Part shown: positions 1 to 13,391 of the stretch, piece after piece
Layout of the letters: each line of letters opens with the position of its first letter
Numbering within the stretch: the stretch's first letter is position 1
Translations under genes and position numbers: made by a program
Assembly (NCBI GenBank): GCA_965202585.1
Contig: OZ241827.1
Span: 49,600,001 to 49,664,000 of the forward strand
DNA: 64,000 bases
Direction: 5' to 3'
From: Thalia democratica
Lineage: Eukaryota
Notes under the pieces: generated by a model
Seen by the model: only the letters and a program-made list of their open reading frames with translations
Told to the model about the DNA's origin: nothing
Database searches by the model: none

Positions 1-3000
1 ATTTTTTAAATGAATGTTTGTTTTATGTTTTAGTGGATTTCATGTTTATTCATAACATTATTGCATATAACATATTGAAATTTGTCATTTTGTAAAAATA
101 AATCATAACGCATTTTTGAGTTCGCACTTTTTTGATTTTGTTCAAAGTGCGAACTTAAGCGGAAGTCTAATGAAACTTTTAAATGGTTTATGTTTTAAAG
201 TTGTTAATATTTTTTTTGACCTGGTTAATTTTGTAGTTTACATTTGTCGTTTTACATTACACTCAATGTTTTTAAAGCACAGTGATTAAAATATTTATTG
301 GAAAAATATTAATTTATTCTTGTTTAATCTGTATAAATAAAAAAATCTTGATAACCATTAAAGTTTTTATTTCAAATAAGATTTTTTTGGTTTTAAAAGA
401 GTATAGATTTAAGGTCTTTATTTGAGATGACTTAAAATTTTTTCATTAAAAAGGTTCTTAAACTCATTTTTATTTTCTAATTTGATTTATTAATGTTAAA
501 AAATCTATATATTGAGGTATTTTAAACTATTAATACAACCGTATTTTATTTTATCTTAATTCAAAATATCTTAGCAATTAGAACGTGTTGTTTATTTTTA
601 TAGTTCCACACTAGCTTTTAGTTTCTCACTATATTTCTCTGTTAAATTATTATAGGCTAATAGCTAGAAAAAAAAAACAATTAAATAAGCAATCAAAAAG
701 ACTGCTACAGTTACAAAACTAAATTTTAACCTGATTAATTTTTTTTTTAATTGATTACTTTCTGTTCAAAGAATTAACTGTAAAACATTAGATTTTTATT
801 CTGAATTTAAATTAGGAAAAAAAAAGTTGTTAGAATTAAGGTTTAGTTTCTCAAGGTTATTCCAAGTCAAATACTATTTCATGGTATTCTACTACAAAAC
901 ATATAGTTTAAATTGTTTAAAATTAAATTTTTAACTTTACAGCTAACTTGCTTATAATATATCTTCGCATTGAAATTAATAATTTTACTGCATTAACTGA
1001 AGCTGTTGATGAAACCACTTTTCATGTGAAATAATCAATCAGTCGGTCAAACTTCCTCAAACTAGATCAGAATTTATGTTTTAATAATTAATTCATTATG
1101 TGTAAAATAAACTGTTCATTCTTTTATAGTTTTTTATTCTTTGGTTTAGTATTTCTAAAATATGCCTATTTATAAAAAAAAATTAAGTATTTTGTGCGGC
1201 TTAAATAAGTTACTCAGTACTATTAAATTCTAAATGTACAAAATTCGTTATATGAGACATTGTTATAATGCCAGCTTTCAGTTAAGATCTTAGATGGGTA
1301 ACGTACGGTTCAGATCCAGTCAAATTTCGACCCGCTTAGTAACTTGAAAACTTCTTTCTGCAAAATAAATAAAATTCAGTTTTTTGATACTTAATGTTTT
1401 GAAATACGCTTTCAACTTGGGTTTCAGTTCACAATAGTATTTCCTCGATCACAATAATACTATCATTTTATTACAATTTCCCTCGAGTTTTTTTTATTTT
1501 TTATATGTTATTTTTTAAATTATGCAGCCCGAAATCACGTTTTTTAACGAGTTGAAATTAGAAAAGATTTTTTAGTAAATATAAGTTGTTTAAAACAATT
1601 CATATTTAAACAGGATTGATTACAAGTTACAAAAAGCTTTTTAATAATTAAGTATTTTAATATAATTTACTGGGCTTATAAGAAAATAACTGTAGATTAT
1701 TTTCTCAAGCCCTGTAAACTACTTTGAACATAGCCCAAAAGTGCGTGCAAAAGAAGTACCAGACTAAATTACATTTCGAACACAAATTTTTTGGCTTAAA
1801 ATTTTGTACTCAAGAGAAAAACTACTTTGTAAAATCGTGGGGGGCGATTTTTTTTAAATTTCTGAAAAGGGGGCGATTTAGTAAATGAGTTTGGGAAACC
1901 CTGCTTTAAATAATGTTTTTTTTATTACAGAAGTAAAACTACGAAAGAAAGTATTTTAAATAGCGGATAAAAGACATCTAGTATGCTTGTTGTATTGGCT
2001 TACCACTTATTTATGCTTATTAAACTTTTTATAATAGGTAAAAAACAGCAGAGAATAAAAAAATTTATCTAGACGTTTGTCTCAGCTACCAGAAAATTTA
2101 AACAGACTAACTTAGTTCTAATTGTTTTCGAGATATGAGAGCTCAAAGTCAGATAGCTTAATGATAACTTGTAGATATATGAAAAAGTATACGAAGAAAC
2201 ATTTTTTTATTCATGACATAACACAGTATACTTTAAAAAATTTTTAGTCTAGTTTTCTTAGTTGTTTAAGAGCACATGACCATTGTATTCGTTCTTGTTA
2301 GATATATCTAACAAAATTTAAGTTTCAATACTTTTTATTTAAGTTTAATAGTTAAACTTCCAAACTTGGGTTTAAGTATGTAAATACTTTATCTTGTAAT
2401 AAAAAGAATTTTGAAATTAAAATTTTTAAGGTTAAAGTTTCCTTAAATTCGTTGTTTTGCTACACAGCTTTTTTAAACAAATTAAGCTTATTTGAAGGTA
2501 TCAACTGGAGTATTGATTACAATTTAAGCTGTTGAATTAAACTTTTATTTTGCTGAACAAATCAATAAATTAACTTTCATTAAAAAATAACAACCTAGAT
2601 CTTGTCCGTTAATATATTTTGACATTAAATAAGATTAATAAGGTAAGTTTTAAACTATAAAAAAAACCTAAAAACTAAATTTTTACATTTTCTTAAAATA
2701 GCTATACTTTCAGCATTTTTATTTAGCATTTAATAAAGTCAACATCACTTGAAAACGACTATAAAAACAGACGGAAAAAATATATCGATCAAAAAAATTT
2801 GTACTTATAAGTAAAAACGTTAAAAACAGTTCAAAACACTCATCATGGAAAATTACAATTCATTAGAAGCTCAAGTAACAACAAAAAACATATTTTACAG
2901 GGTTATTACAAAAAACTGATTATAATCTGAATCATATTGTTAACTTATATACAAATAAAATAGTGCAAGTTTAAAAGTTGGCAGATGGCTGGAACGACCG

Positions 3001-3053
3001 ATATAATTGGTGCGTCGCAAACATTTGTTTACAAAAACTCAAACTGACACGCG

Positions 3054-6000
3054 TCAGTCGAACATGCCGCGCAGCGATTGGTGCAGATCCTTGTCACGTG
3101 ACTTCAACTGCTGCTGCATCGCTCTGAGTTGCTTCTCAACAGCATGTCGCACTTTAGGGTCGAGCTTTATTGCCTTGGTGAAGTCCTCGCAACATTCGCG
3201 CTCGTTCAATAGAATGGAGTGAGCCTTGCCTCGCTTAAAATACGCCTTCACGTTGTCCTGAAGATGAGACTAGTTTAAGGTGTTTTGAGTGTAAGTCAAG
3301 TCAAAACTTTTGTAATTTTCAAGCTAATTTTATTGGAAACAAGTAACAATTATTTCTTTTTTTTGATGTTTTATAAAGGTTTTTTTTTTTATACAGTATA
3401 AAACGCTAACTATTTTAAAGTTGTACTGGTTGCATAAAACAATTTTTTTAATAATAATAATCTTTAAAAGCGAATTTAGGTTATACTACTTTTTTATCTC
3501 TTATTTGTATTTTTTAACAAAAACTTTTAATACAACTAAACCATTTTTAAATTAACTCAGTTTATAAAAATACTTCTAATTAACAACCAGTTTTAATTTT
3601 GAGGACTGTTAAGGACTAAAGGGACAAATACATAAAAATTTTAAATTATAAAATAAATAATTTAATAGTTGATAACAGTGGCGTCGCGTGGTATTTTTTT
3701 TAGGTGGTGCAGAATTTAAAAAAAAATCAATTATTTTAATAAAAATTTATTTTTACTGTCAAGTTTGAAAACAACTGAACTTTTGCTACACCTGAAGATA
3801 AGCTTTGCTTTTAAGGGCATAGGGGGGATAAAACACTTTTTTACAATTTGATCTTATTTTATGTAGTTTTCACTAAGCTACAAGATGCTTTTTACAGATT
3901 TTAAAAATTCAGTACATGTTTTAAGATATAGCCGGTCAAAGTCAAAGGCAACAAAAGGTTCATAATGGGAGGCACAAACTAAAATAGTGTTTAAAAAAAT
4001 GTTTTAACCCCCCCCCCCCCCCCCTCCTCCCCTTTATGCCCTTAACATCTACTTTAGAATTATTTTACTGAAATTACTTTATACAGTTTTAATTTAACTA
4101 CAAGTCATCTTTTATCAATATTAAAAATTCATAAAAATTTTTGAGATATGGTAATTCACAGTCAGAGGTACAAATGAATCCTTATTTTTATAATATAAAC
4201 TCAAACAACAAATAAATCAAATCACTAAAATCATATCTTTTTTTTATAAGTTGGCCTCAAAATCTTTAGATGTTTCTTTTATAAAACAAAAAAAATTCCT
4301 AAATTAGATATTTAAAACACCAAAAAAAAAAGTTATAACAAAAGTTTTTTTTTTGTATACTTAAAAATATATATTGATACTTAAAAATTTAAAACTTCTC
4401 TTCATCAAAAGTATAAAATTTTATAAAAATTAGGATGAAAAAGTTTAATTAAAAATTGTTTTAAAAATGATGGAGAATATAGGTTTTCTGTAAAATTGTA
4501 TTTTTTGCTGTTTTGGTTTGCTCCTTGTATAATAAATCATTGTACTCTCTGGCTTTGACTGGTTGTAACTAAAAGTTTAATTGGAAATTTCAAGTTTATT
4601 AAAGAGTAACTATTAGCTTTCTGAAAAAGTTAAAATAAGGACAACATGTAAAAAAGTGCCTATACACCCTCCCCCCTTACCCCTCATTAATTTGCACATT
4701 TTTTTTACAAACATTAAAATTTTTATAAACTTTTTTTCTAACTTTAATGTTTTTTGTTGGAGTTTTAAAATTCAATAGTTTTTTAAGGGTATCTTTTCTT
4801 TACATAATTTTAATTTGTTTTTCATTTTGATGACAGTATTTTTGTCAGGAGCTCAACTTTTTTAAGTTTAGTTGTGAGGCTGTTGAACTTTTCATGAATT
4901 TTAAAGATAACTTATAAATATGTAACCATTATAGAAGTAAAAATTTGGTTAGTTAGTTTTCATGTGGCCATAGGAGTAAAACACTTATTTTTTAATTTTA
5001 AATAAGCTTGTTATTTTCAGAGTAAAAATTAAAACTGCTTTAGTCAGCCTGAATATTTTTCTAATTTGGTCTGTTTTAATTTATCTTGGGTCATCTTGAG
5101 TTTTTAACATTTCTAAGTTATCCTGATTATGAGGCAAGGCAACCATGTTTCAACAATTTTATCTAAATTTTTTGCTTTGTTTATGAAAAAATTAAACCAA
5201 AAGTCATATAAAGTAGAGGTTGACTAAATTTTCCTAAAATGTTAAACTACTCTAAGTAATCAAAGTTTCTAAGTTAAGGCTATTTACTTTATTTAAATAT
5301 GTGATTGTTTAAATAATACTATTTTTTATTTAATATAAACCTAAAATATTTTTCTGTAAGAGTGAACTAGAAGTTTATAATAAACTTCTTAATTCTTTTT
5401 TTTTCAGAACTTAAATTTTATTATTTATTTTATTAACTTTATGATAACAATAATCAGTTATAGTTAAGTTTATGTATGGAGATTAAAATAAAAAATCAAA
5501 TTTTTAAGACTTTGGTGATTTAGGGTTTTTATCTTTTTTTCAAAATATGCAATTTATGACAAATCTTTTAATAGAAGTGTTCTGTTAAATTTAAAAAATC
5601 ATGTGGGTACATAAACTCAAGTTTAATCCTTTGCAGTAGCTTAGCTTTGTTTTTATTTTATGCTTACAATAGCTTGTAGATGATACTTAAGCAGTCCTGT
5701 TTTAGGGAATTTTCAACTTAGCTTACTTACCGCAAGATATTGATTTTGCGGTAATTCTTGAAGAAATTTTGCTTTTTTGAGTTCATTTGCGGCAGTCAGC
5801 TAAGAGTTTGCGGCAGTGAAGTGGGCAAAATGGTCGTTTTCAAAACTGAAGTTTTAAAAGAGATTTCGTTCAAAAAAATAACGAAAACGTTATAGATACT
5901 TTTTTTTTTCTTACAAAATTTCAAGGTGGTGCAGTTGCGGCAGTGCAACACCCCACGCGACGCCCCTGGTTGATAACCTAAAGCAATATTTTCATCGCTT

Positions 6001-9000
6001 TATTATCTAATTAAACCATAATAAAAGTAAGTAATTAGTTTAACAACTACAAATACTTACTTTTATGCTGAGAAAAACTCAGTCAAATACTTAAATTAAG
6101 CACTAAAGAATAACACTTGCTTATTGAATGATAATAACAACACTAGTTAGCTTAAAAGGAATTATTCGAATGTCTTATAACTTTACAAAGCTAAAAACAA
6201 TTACAATTTAAAAAAAAATCAACTTCTAACTATATTTTCTGATGCATAAGTTTAATATTACATTATGTTAAAGTTACTTGTTCACAGTACAAAATCAAAT
6301 CTAATTGGCACATATTTTTCATCTACTTTTTCAAACACACCGATTTTTGAAAACTATTTAAAGCGACCTACTGCTATTACGCTTAAATTTTATCTCCTGT
6401 GAGAGTATGTGCCATAAAATACGCTAAAACAAAAAACTAACGGCTCCCTCAACTTTATCTAACACTTCGGTGCATATGTGTATGCAGGTGGTGCAATCGC
6501 CTCCGTTCAGTTTGCACTGCGCGTAGTTCAGCATCAGCGGTATCTGCTGCCGATCCATCGATACCCACTTTTCTGTGCCCGGTCGCTCCTGCGGTATATT
6601 TAATGTTGAAAACAATACTTTGGTAACATTTACTATTTTTGTTAAAGTTGTGAATTTGAAAAAAAACATGTTTAAATTATAAGATACTATTTAACTTTTT
6701 CTACACATGAACTATTGAATCAAGAAAAGTTAAATTTTAGTTAGTAAGTCTTTATCCCAGTGTTTAGCTTGAAAGCTGTTTTTTACAAGTTATAAAAACA
6801 TAAACAACTTAGTTAAGTAACTTTTACAGTTAATGTACTGTCAAACAAGATTGACTGGTTACAACTCGCAAGTTTTGACCCAAGCACCAGGGTTAATTTA
6901 GCAGGTTTTTTGAATCTTCACAAGCTTTATTTCAATATTGTAAATAGTTCAGTAGCTGAAAAGTGCAAAACTTATGATTACTTATATTTTTTTTTAATAA
7001 CCTTCATTTGTAGATGTTTTAAACAGCTGATAGCCTTCTTATAAAAATTTTCAGCTTCTTTTATATTTCCTTCTTTGAAATTTGTGTTTCCTTGTAGGTG
7101 AAAACTGTATTGTAAAAACTTTTTGAGAATTTCTTTTTACTAAGCGAAAAACAAGAAATTATTAAGCTTAAGACTACTTTGGAATGTTTTCGATCATCTC
7201 TGCTGTGTCCATCTGCCACAACTCTTTTTCGTATTCGTTGTTTTTGTGTACCTAAAACATTTGTTAATATTTATGACATGCGACGTTTTTTAGATTGAAA
7301 ATAACATGTGCAAAACATATAATTTATTAGAGTTAATTAAAAAAATTTCAACTTTTATTTTTAGTACACGGTCGTGCTTAATTCTCATTTAATAAAAGTT
7401 TTGCTTTAAAAAACTTTTTTAGGCTATTAAACTACTTTTAACTAGTGTTTTACAAAAAGATCCAAATCTTAGAACTTAAATTATCTAATAAAATAAAATT
7501 AACTACTAAGCGATTTTAATTAATTGTGAAAAAATCAAAACCAAACATTGTATTGAAGTTATAGTTTAAGTGCACTTTGTACATCTTCTAACGCTAAATA
7601 AAATCAATTATACTATTCAAAATTAACTTTTAATCTGTCTAACAAACCAACATTTTTTTACTATAATAGCTAAATTAAATTTTACAGATTATTAAAACGT
7701 CGTATACCTAACAATGATCTAACTTAAGTGAAAAACGTATTGAAAAAAGAACATTTTTTCTGTTTGAAAAATAATCCTAGTTTAATAATCCGTTCAGCAG
7801 TGAAACAAGTTACTATCTGAGTTTGTAATAAATATTTTTCAATGAAGAACACTCTTTAAAATTTTTATTATGATAATAGCTAGATAAAATATTAAACTAA
7901 AACATTTGAAATGGAAAAAAAAATTATCTAAGCTTTATAAGAATTATATAATTTCAAAAAGGGTGATAACCTGACATAAATATGTTTTAAGCATTAAGCA
8001 TAAAATTAACACTTTAGAACAGGGTTTCCAAATCAGGGGTGCTCGCACCCTTTGGGAGTGCGAGGCAGCATCAAAGGGGTGCGAGATGGCTTTAAATTTA
8101 GTTTGATAAATAAGGAGATTTTTATTCAAGTTGGGCGACTGTAAACCGAAATATTATTTACTAAACAAAACATAACTATCGATTTGTAAAGCTAACAAGC
8201 TATTCAAACCATATAAAAATGAGTTCAGGATGAGGAGCAGAAAAAAATATCTTAAGTGTTTTTAAAGCTAATTTTGAAATTTACACTAGTTATTATGTAC
8301 TTTACATGTACTACGAGGGGTACGAGAACAGATTAAATATTTTAGGGGTGCGGGGCATCAAAAAGGTTGGAAATTACTGCTTTAGAATAACAACAGTTTT
8401 ACTTAATAACAATCATCATAAAATATTTTAAATTAAAAACACCTACTTCAATAACTTCGAATTCAAAACAAAGGTCAGGTTGATTTTCTTTCATTTTATC
8501 GAGATCCGGGTATCCGCATGTTTTCAGCTTCAATGCGTTAAATCCACAAGTGTGCGACTTATGTTGATCTTTACCTGAAATATTTGCATCAGTTTGTGAA
8601 ACTAAGTTCAAGTATTAGTTTTACGTTTTAATTTAGCAGAAAATATTTTAAACTTTGGGCTGTTACTATTCGAAGCACAAAAAAGCCTGAGCTAACAGCT
8701 TTTGCTAGTATAATTTATAAACTATACTATACATCTATGTGTATATTTTTTAGAAAGATTAGTCTTTTTCTGTTTAAACGGCTTAGGTTTTGTTACTTGG
8801 TAGAAAGTTACACAAAAAACAAAAATTAATTGTCAAGTAGAAGCAACAAATTTTATTTATAGTTTATATTTGATACCATAACATATAGCTTTTAAGATTT
8901 TTAACTGGTCTGAATTATAAAATAATAGCTTGAGTGAGTAGTAATCATGTAAGTAAAACAAAATTTTATATGTAGACAACTTTAAAACAGGCCAACATTT

Positions 9001-12000
9001 ATTGTTTAAGCGTTTTTTTGTAGTGTGTGTCAGTTAATCTATTAAAATACAATTAACCGCCACATAACTAATAATTGACATTAGTTTTAGTAATCACAGC
9101 ACATTAATGACTTATAGCAATAATCATTAAATACTTGTTTGTTAGAACACCTTCAATCCTTAAATATAGTTGAGCAAACTAATTAAATTTTAACGATAAG
9201 CGAGTAAATTTTGTTAAACTATTTAAATTTTGATAAACTGTTGTTTAAAAATACTAAGCTATTTTCATGTAAAATATCTAAAATAGTCGTCATAAGTTTA
9301 GAAATATTTTTTAGTTGTTTAATTTGTTACCACAAATTAACCAGGTATTATTACTAAACAAAAAGTGAATTAGATAAAATTAGTTGTAAAACTTAATTGG
9401 TAAAGTAGCTATCAAAAAATAAAATAGAACAAGTTACAAGAAAAAAATACTATATGATGTGTTTTGTACTTTGAGCAGATGTTTTGAAACAATACTCTAA
9501 GAAAACGTCCTTTTAAATGCGGTCCGCTTTCTTCCATAAATGAATATAGATTGTAAGTCACAGTTAATTTATAATTTGAAAAATTATTCTAGATAAAACT
9601 AAAAATATGGTAAAATTGCTTTATTTTTTAAGAATATTAACAAAAAAGTGAATAAAACACAAATATTTTGTTATTATCAATGTTTATAATAGGTATATAA
9701 ACCTGAAATGATTAACAAACAATTCACAATGTTTCTTTTAAGAGCATAATTCTTTACTAAGTCATGTAAGTAAATGTTGACATTTTAAATGATTCTAAAT
9801 TAAACTTTAGCCTGTAATTTTTCCATGTGAGAAATAGGCTAAATAATAAGCACAAACCAGAGTGCATATCACGAAGGTTCTGTGATACCAAAGGATAGTC
9901 AATCACCTGTGATTTCGGACAGTAAAACCTGGAAACTTCGTTCAGTTGCATCGTTTTCACGCATGACTCCCAACATTGCAACTTGAAATTTTTTCCGATC
10001 AACAGCTCAAAAGCCTTCCCAAGGTTTTTGCTATCATCAACCAAATTCTCCTGCGTTTTTTTAGTTTTGAGTAATTAGTTTTCAAATACAGAGATAACAA
10101 TAAAGGTTGAAAAACTTTAGACAATAGTCATTTAGTTGATTTAGTTTATTCAGTGGTACAACACATGAAAAATATATTTGATTATAAAAATAACTGTTTT
10201 AAAAATAAACATTTTATTTTGTTGTATGTTTTATCATGTTATAAGAATCAAAATAGGTAAGTTCACACAATGGCTATACCAAAAATGTTTGAAAAATTAG
10301 GCAAACAGTTAAAAAGATTTAATCCATGGTGTTTTAAGGCAGTGTTTCTCAAAATATTCAGTGCACCCGTGCACAGAAGTGTGCAAGATTTTTTACACAA
10401 AAAAATTTTTGAATATTAAATAAATATAGGTAACTAAATAAAGTATTAAATTTTATTGAAACTTAATTCTTTTATTTTAAATATATAGTTTAAATACTGT
10501 TGTGTTTGGTGTTGAAGAAAATCTACAAGAATATTTTAAAGTCTTTAAAATAAATGTTTTATTTTAATTTGCAAAATGTGTTTTCAATGTAGCGGGCAAG
10601 AGATTTCCGCTTAACTGATCAGATCTAGCCCAAACGCTGCCCACCCCTTATATAAACCGTAGCTAGCTTTAAAAAGTTAAAGAACCAATGCTTTAAAGTG
10701 CAAGTTATTAAAATTTTGAATGGCTTTGTACATTTTGAAAGACTGAAGAAACGTTTTTTTTTAACTAGTTAAATATTAAACATTTTAAATATTACTAAGA
10801 CCAGGAACGTAGCTTTAGTGCTATTAACTTTTTCAAAAAAAATATTCTTATTTATTTTATGGTTTAATATATTCGTTTCTTTTAGTTATAGATACATTTT
10901 ACAAATCTAAACCAAATCCACTTTTTTAAGAAAACGACTAAAGTGTTGCAGATTCGTTTAAGCAATGTCACTTTTTCGAAATAAATTTAAACAGTTTTGA
11001 TAATTAAATCAGGTGGTTAGTATTTAACTAATTTGTGAATTTAATAAAAAACCTCTAAACCACGATTTAACTTTTGATTTTAGTTCAAAGTCTGATAGAA
11101 TTCTATTAACAATTTGTTTTTTCTTTATGTTTAAAATTTAAATTTTTGAAATCTTTTAACTAGATAAGTAATTTTTTTTTTTAATTTGGATTTCTAGTTC
11201 AAAAATTATGAAAGTAGATATTTTCTTAGTTTTTTTTTTTTAGTTGATGATAAAAATATTTTAATTTGTAAAATGTATTTTTTTGTCTCAAAAAAAAAAC
11301 ATATATGTTAAAAGTTAATTAAAATTTCACATTCTATATAAACAAACTGATAATTTATATTTATTTTAAAAGTTTCTTTTATTTAAATTTTAAACTTTAA
11401 CTTGTAAATCTTTATACATAAGTGTTTTAAAAGCAAAAAATAGTAACTTAATTTTTAAAAAGAAAAATTTATTAGGTAAAATTATTTTTTCTGGCATATT
11501 ATTGAATTTATGTAAAGACTAAAAAACTATACATCTAAAAAAAAGTAAAACCGAAGTTTCATTTTTGTTATTACTTAAAATTTTTAGTTTTTACTTTATT
11601 GCAATATAATTACAAATTTTAAATTATTACTTTTTAATAATTTAATTGAATTACAGTATTGGCCTAGCTACATATACTAAATGTGTATATTAATCATTAT
11701 ATTTATTCTGTTTAGATGTAAGTCATTTTTGATGTAGATAAATAAACTTATATCAATAAAAGTCTTATTAAGATTAAGTGATAATCAACTTAAATAAAGA
11801 ATTTAAGAATTTTCTGATTATAATAACGCTTGTTGTTATCAAGTTTAAATTAAGTCTAGGACCTTTAAATGTTAAATTCTATTAAATGAAGTTTTTATTA
11901 TTCAGTTTATGTAACTTCAATGATTCTTAAATTAAAATAAAGTTAGTTAATACAACTGTAATACATTTGAAGTTTTACAATAGTTTGCAATCATTAATAC

Positions 12001-12176
12001 TTTTATAACCTATTGTAAATAAAACCGTTAGAGATGTTTACCTCATTTTGTTCATTACTTATGTAAGTTTTGAAGTGAAATATTACTTTTGATCCATCAC
12101 ATAGTTGACTTACATTCAAATCACCACCTGTTTTTACTACTTCTTTTCTAATCTCAAGTTTTTTAAGGCTATTCAT
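3054..12176 (-). CDS. AIP: AH receptor-interacting protein (FKBP-like domain plus TPR co-chaperone), 7 coding exons, 327 aa
   Basis: Exons 12176-12042, 10050-9858, 8574-8447, 7251-7178, 7104-7002, 6588-6442, 3257-3054. All introns are GT-AG, phases are consistent, and the total is 984 nt. The translation matches AIP motifs: DGSKVIFHFKT, VDDSKNLGKAFELLIGKNFKLQCWE, YEKELWQM, GNTNFKEG, CLKHLQMKERPG, PLMLNYAQCKL, DNVKAYFKRGKAH, LDP. Confidence 0.95.
3676..5968. mobile_element. Non-autonomous hAT DNA transposon in AIP intron 6, with nested MITEs
   Basis: TIRs CAGTGGCGTCGCGTGG / CCACGCGACGCCCCTG (1 mismatch); perfect 8-bp TSD GTTGATAA at 3668-3675 and 5969-5976. Confidence 0.9.
3811..4045. mobile_element. 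TTAA-flanked MITE (Kolobok-like), internally deleted copy nested in the hAT element
   Basis: Begins TTAAGGGCATAG and ends TATGCCCTTAA; the body matches the left arm of the 15164-15850 element. Confidence 0.75.
8020..8379. mobile_element. hAT (Buster/Charlie-type) MITE in AIP intron 3
   Basis: Degenerate TIRs CAGGGTTTCCAA / TTGGAAATTACTG; perfect 8-bp TSD CTTTAGAA at 8012-8019 and 8380-8387. Confidence 0.85.
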
Positions 12177-12551
12177 TATTTTACAAAATTATACTGAAAA
12201 ATAACATGCACATCATTGGTTTTTATAACATAAATTTTTCTTTTTGAATGCTTTACAAAGTCATTGTAAAATTCTAAAAAGAGAACAATATTAAACATAA
12301 ATCAGCAGTATAAAACTATTCAAGTTAAGAAAAAAAAAGTACATTATTAAAAACAAAATTCTGACACACAAGTTAACACAAATCATACACTTCTTATAAG
12401 TATTTAAAACCAAAAAAAATTTCAAGAAACTTTAATAGAATTTTTATACTATATTTTTAAGACACACAACAGGAACATAACACAATGTGTTTCAAATATT
12501 TCCCTCTATTTCTAATAATTAATATAATTTTAATAAAAATGATTGCTTTAG

Positions 12552-13391
12552 TTAATCAAAATCCATGGACTCTTCATGTTCATAATATGGGTGAGGCCTA
12601 GAGTTGGAGTCAGTTGCTAACCGTACAGTAGGCGGAGGGACTGAGTCTTCAGCAATATCAACAAAAGAATCTTCAGAATCTGAGTCTTCATCACCCAGGT
12701 CCCTTTCCTCGTCTGTTGACTCATTGAAGTCCATTTCATCCAGGAAAACTTTAGGTGACCCTTTGCCTTTCTTCTTTTTAGGCTTCTCAGCTAGATCTGG
12801 GCTGGCAAAAGCAGCAGCAACACCTTCATTGACCTCATTTTCAAAACCACCCATTGCAGAGTCTAGTTCTGAGTTGCAGGCTTGTTGCACTTGCTGCATA
12901 TCTTCTTGCTGTTGGTTTTCATCCTGATCTCCCCAATTAATTTTGAACCTAGTGACTCTTGGGGCTGAATCTAGTATGTTTCTGTGCAACTTTTCAAGAA
13001 TAGGTTCCTGTGGAGGCTCTTCACGCAGCTCAGGCTCCTGGTATTCATTATTCACAAAATAACCAATTCTTACAAACTCATGTGAATGGTAAGAGCAGGT
13101 GATGATACACACTGTAACTCCAACAACTTCTTGTTTGGGAATTAAGTTGGGCTTTGGTGGATCTGCTGTAAAAACAAACTTGTGTCTCCCTGAAGGTACT
13201 GGGCCAACAAGAACAGAATCAAGTGTTTGATCAAATCTCTCATCTTTTGATGAGCCTACATAGATTATTTTCCATTCAAGATCGTCCTCTAGGTTCTCCA
13301 CACAATCAAAAGTAATTTGAAATTTTAAGGGATCAGAAAACATTGCAGGATTGTCTTGTACTTCAACACCAACAATTTGAATTTTTGCCAT
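12552..13391 (-). CDS. ASF1: Histone chaperone ASF1, single-exon CDS, 279 aa, with an acidic C-terminal tail
   Basis: The ORF has the conserved ASF1 core (MAKIQI...NPAMFSDPLKFQITFDC...DLEWKIIYVGSS...DQTLDSVLVGPVPSGRHKFVF...VGVTVCIITCSY...EFVRIGYFVNNEY...PRVTRFKINW), then a Gln run, KPKKKKGK and a D/E-rich tail. Confidence 0.97.
   Translation of the reverse strand: MAKIQIVGVEVQDNPAMFSDPLKFQITFDCVENLEDDLEWKIIYVGSSKDERFDQTLDSVLVGPVPSGRHKFVFTADPPKPNLIPKQEVVGVTVCIITCSYHSHEFVRIGYFVNNEYQEPELREEPPQEPILEKLHRNILDSAPRVTRFKINWGDQDENQQQEDMQQVQQACNSELDSAMGGFENEVNEGVAAAFASPDLAEKPKKKKGKGSPKVFLDEMDFNESTDEERDLGDEDSDSEDSFVDIAEDSVPPPTVRLATDSNSRPHPYYEHEESMDFD

Noticed and set aside
943-1034. Possible plus-strand terminal exon after TTTACAG (ANLLIIYLRIEINNFTALTEAVDETTFHVK*)
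   Set aside because: Short, no recognisable homology, and no supporting upstream exon in the window.
12604-12927. 107-aa Ser-rich plus-strand ORF
   Set aside because: Antisense shadow of the acidic ASF1 tail.
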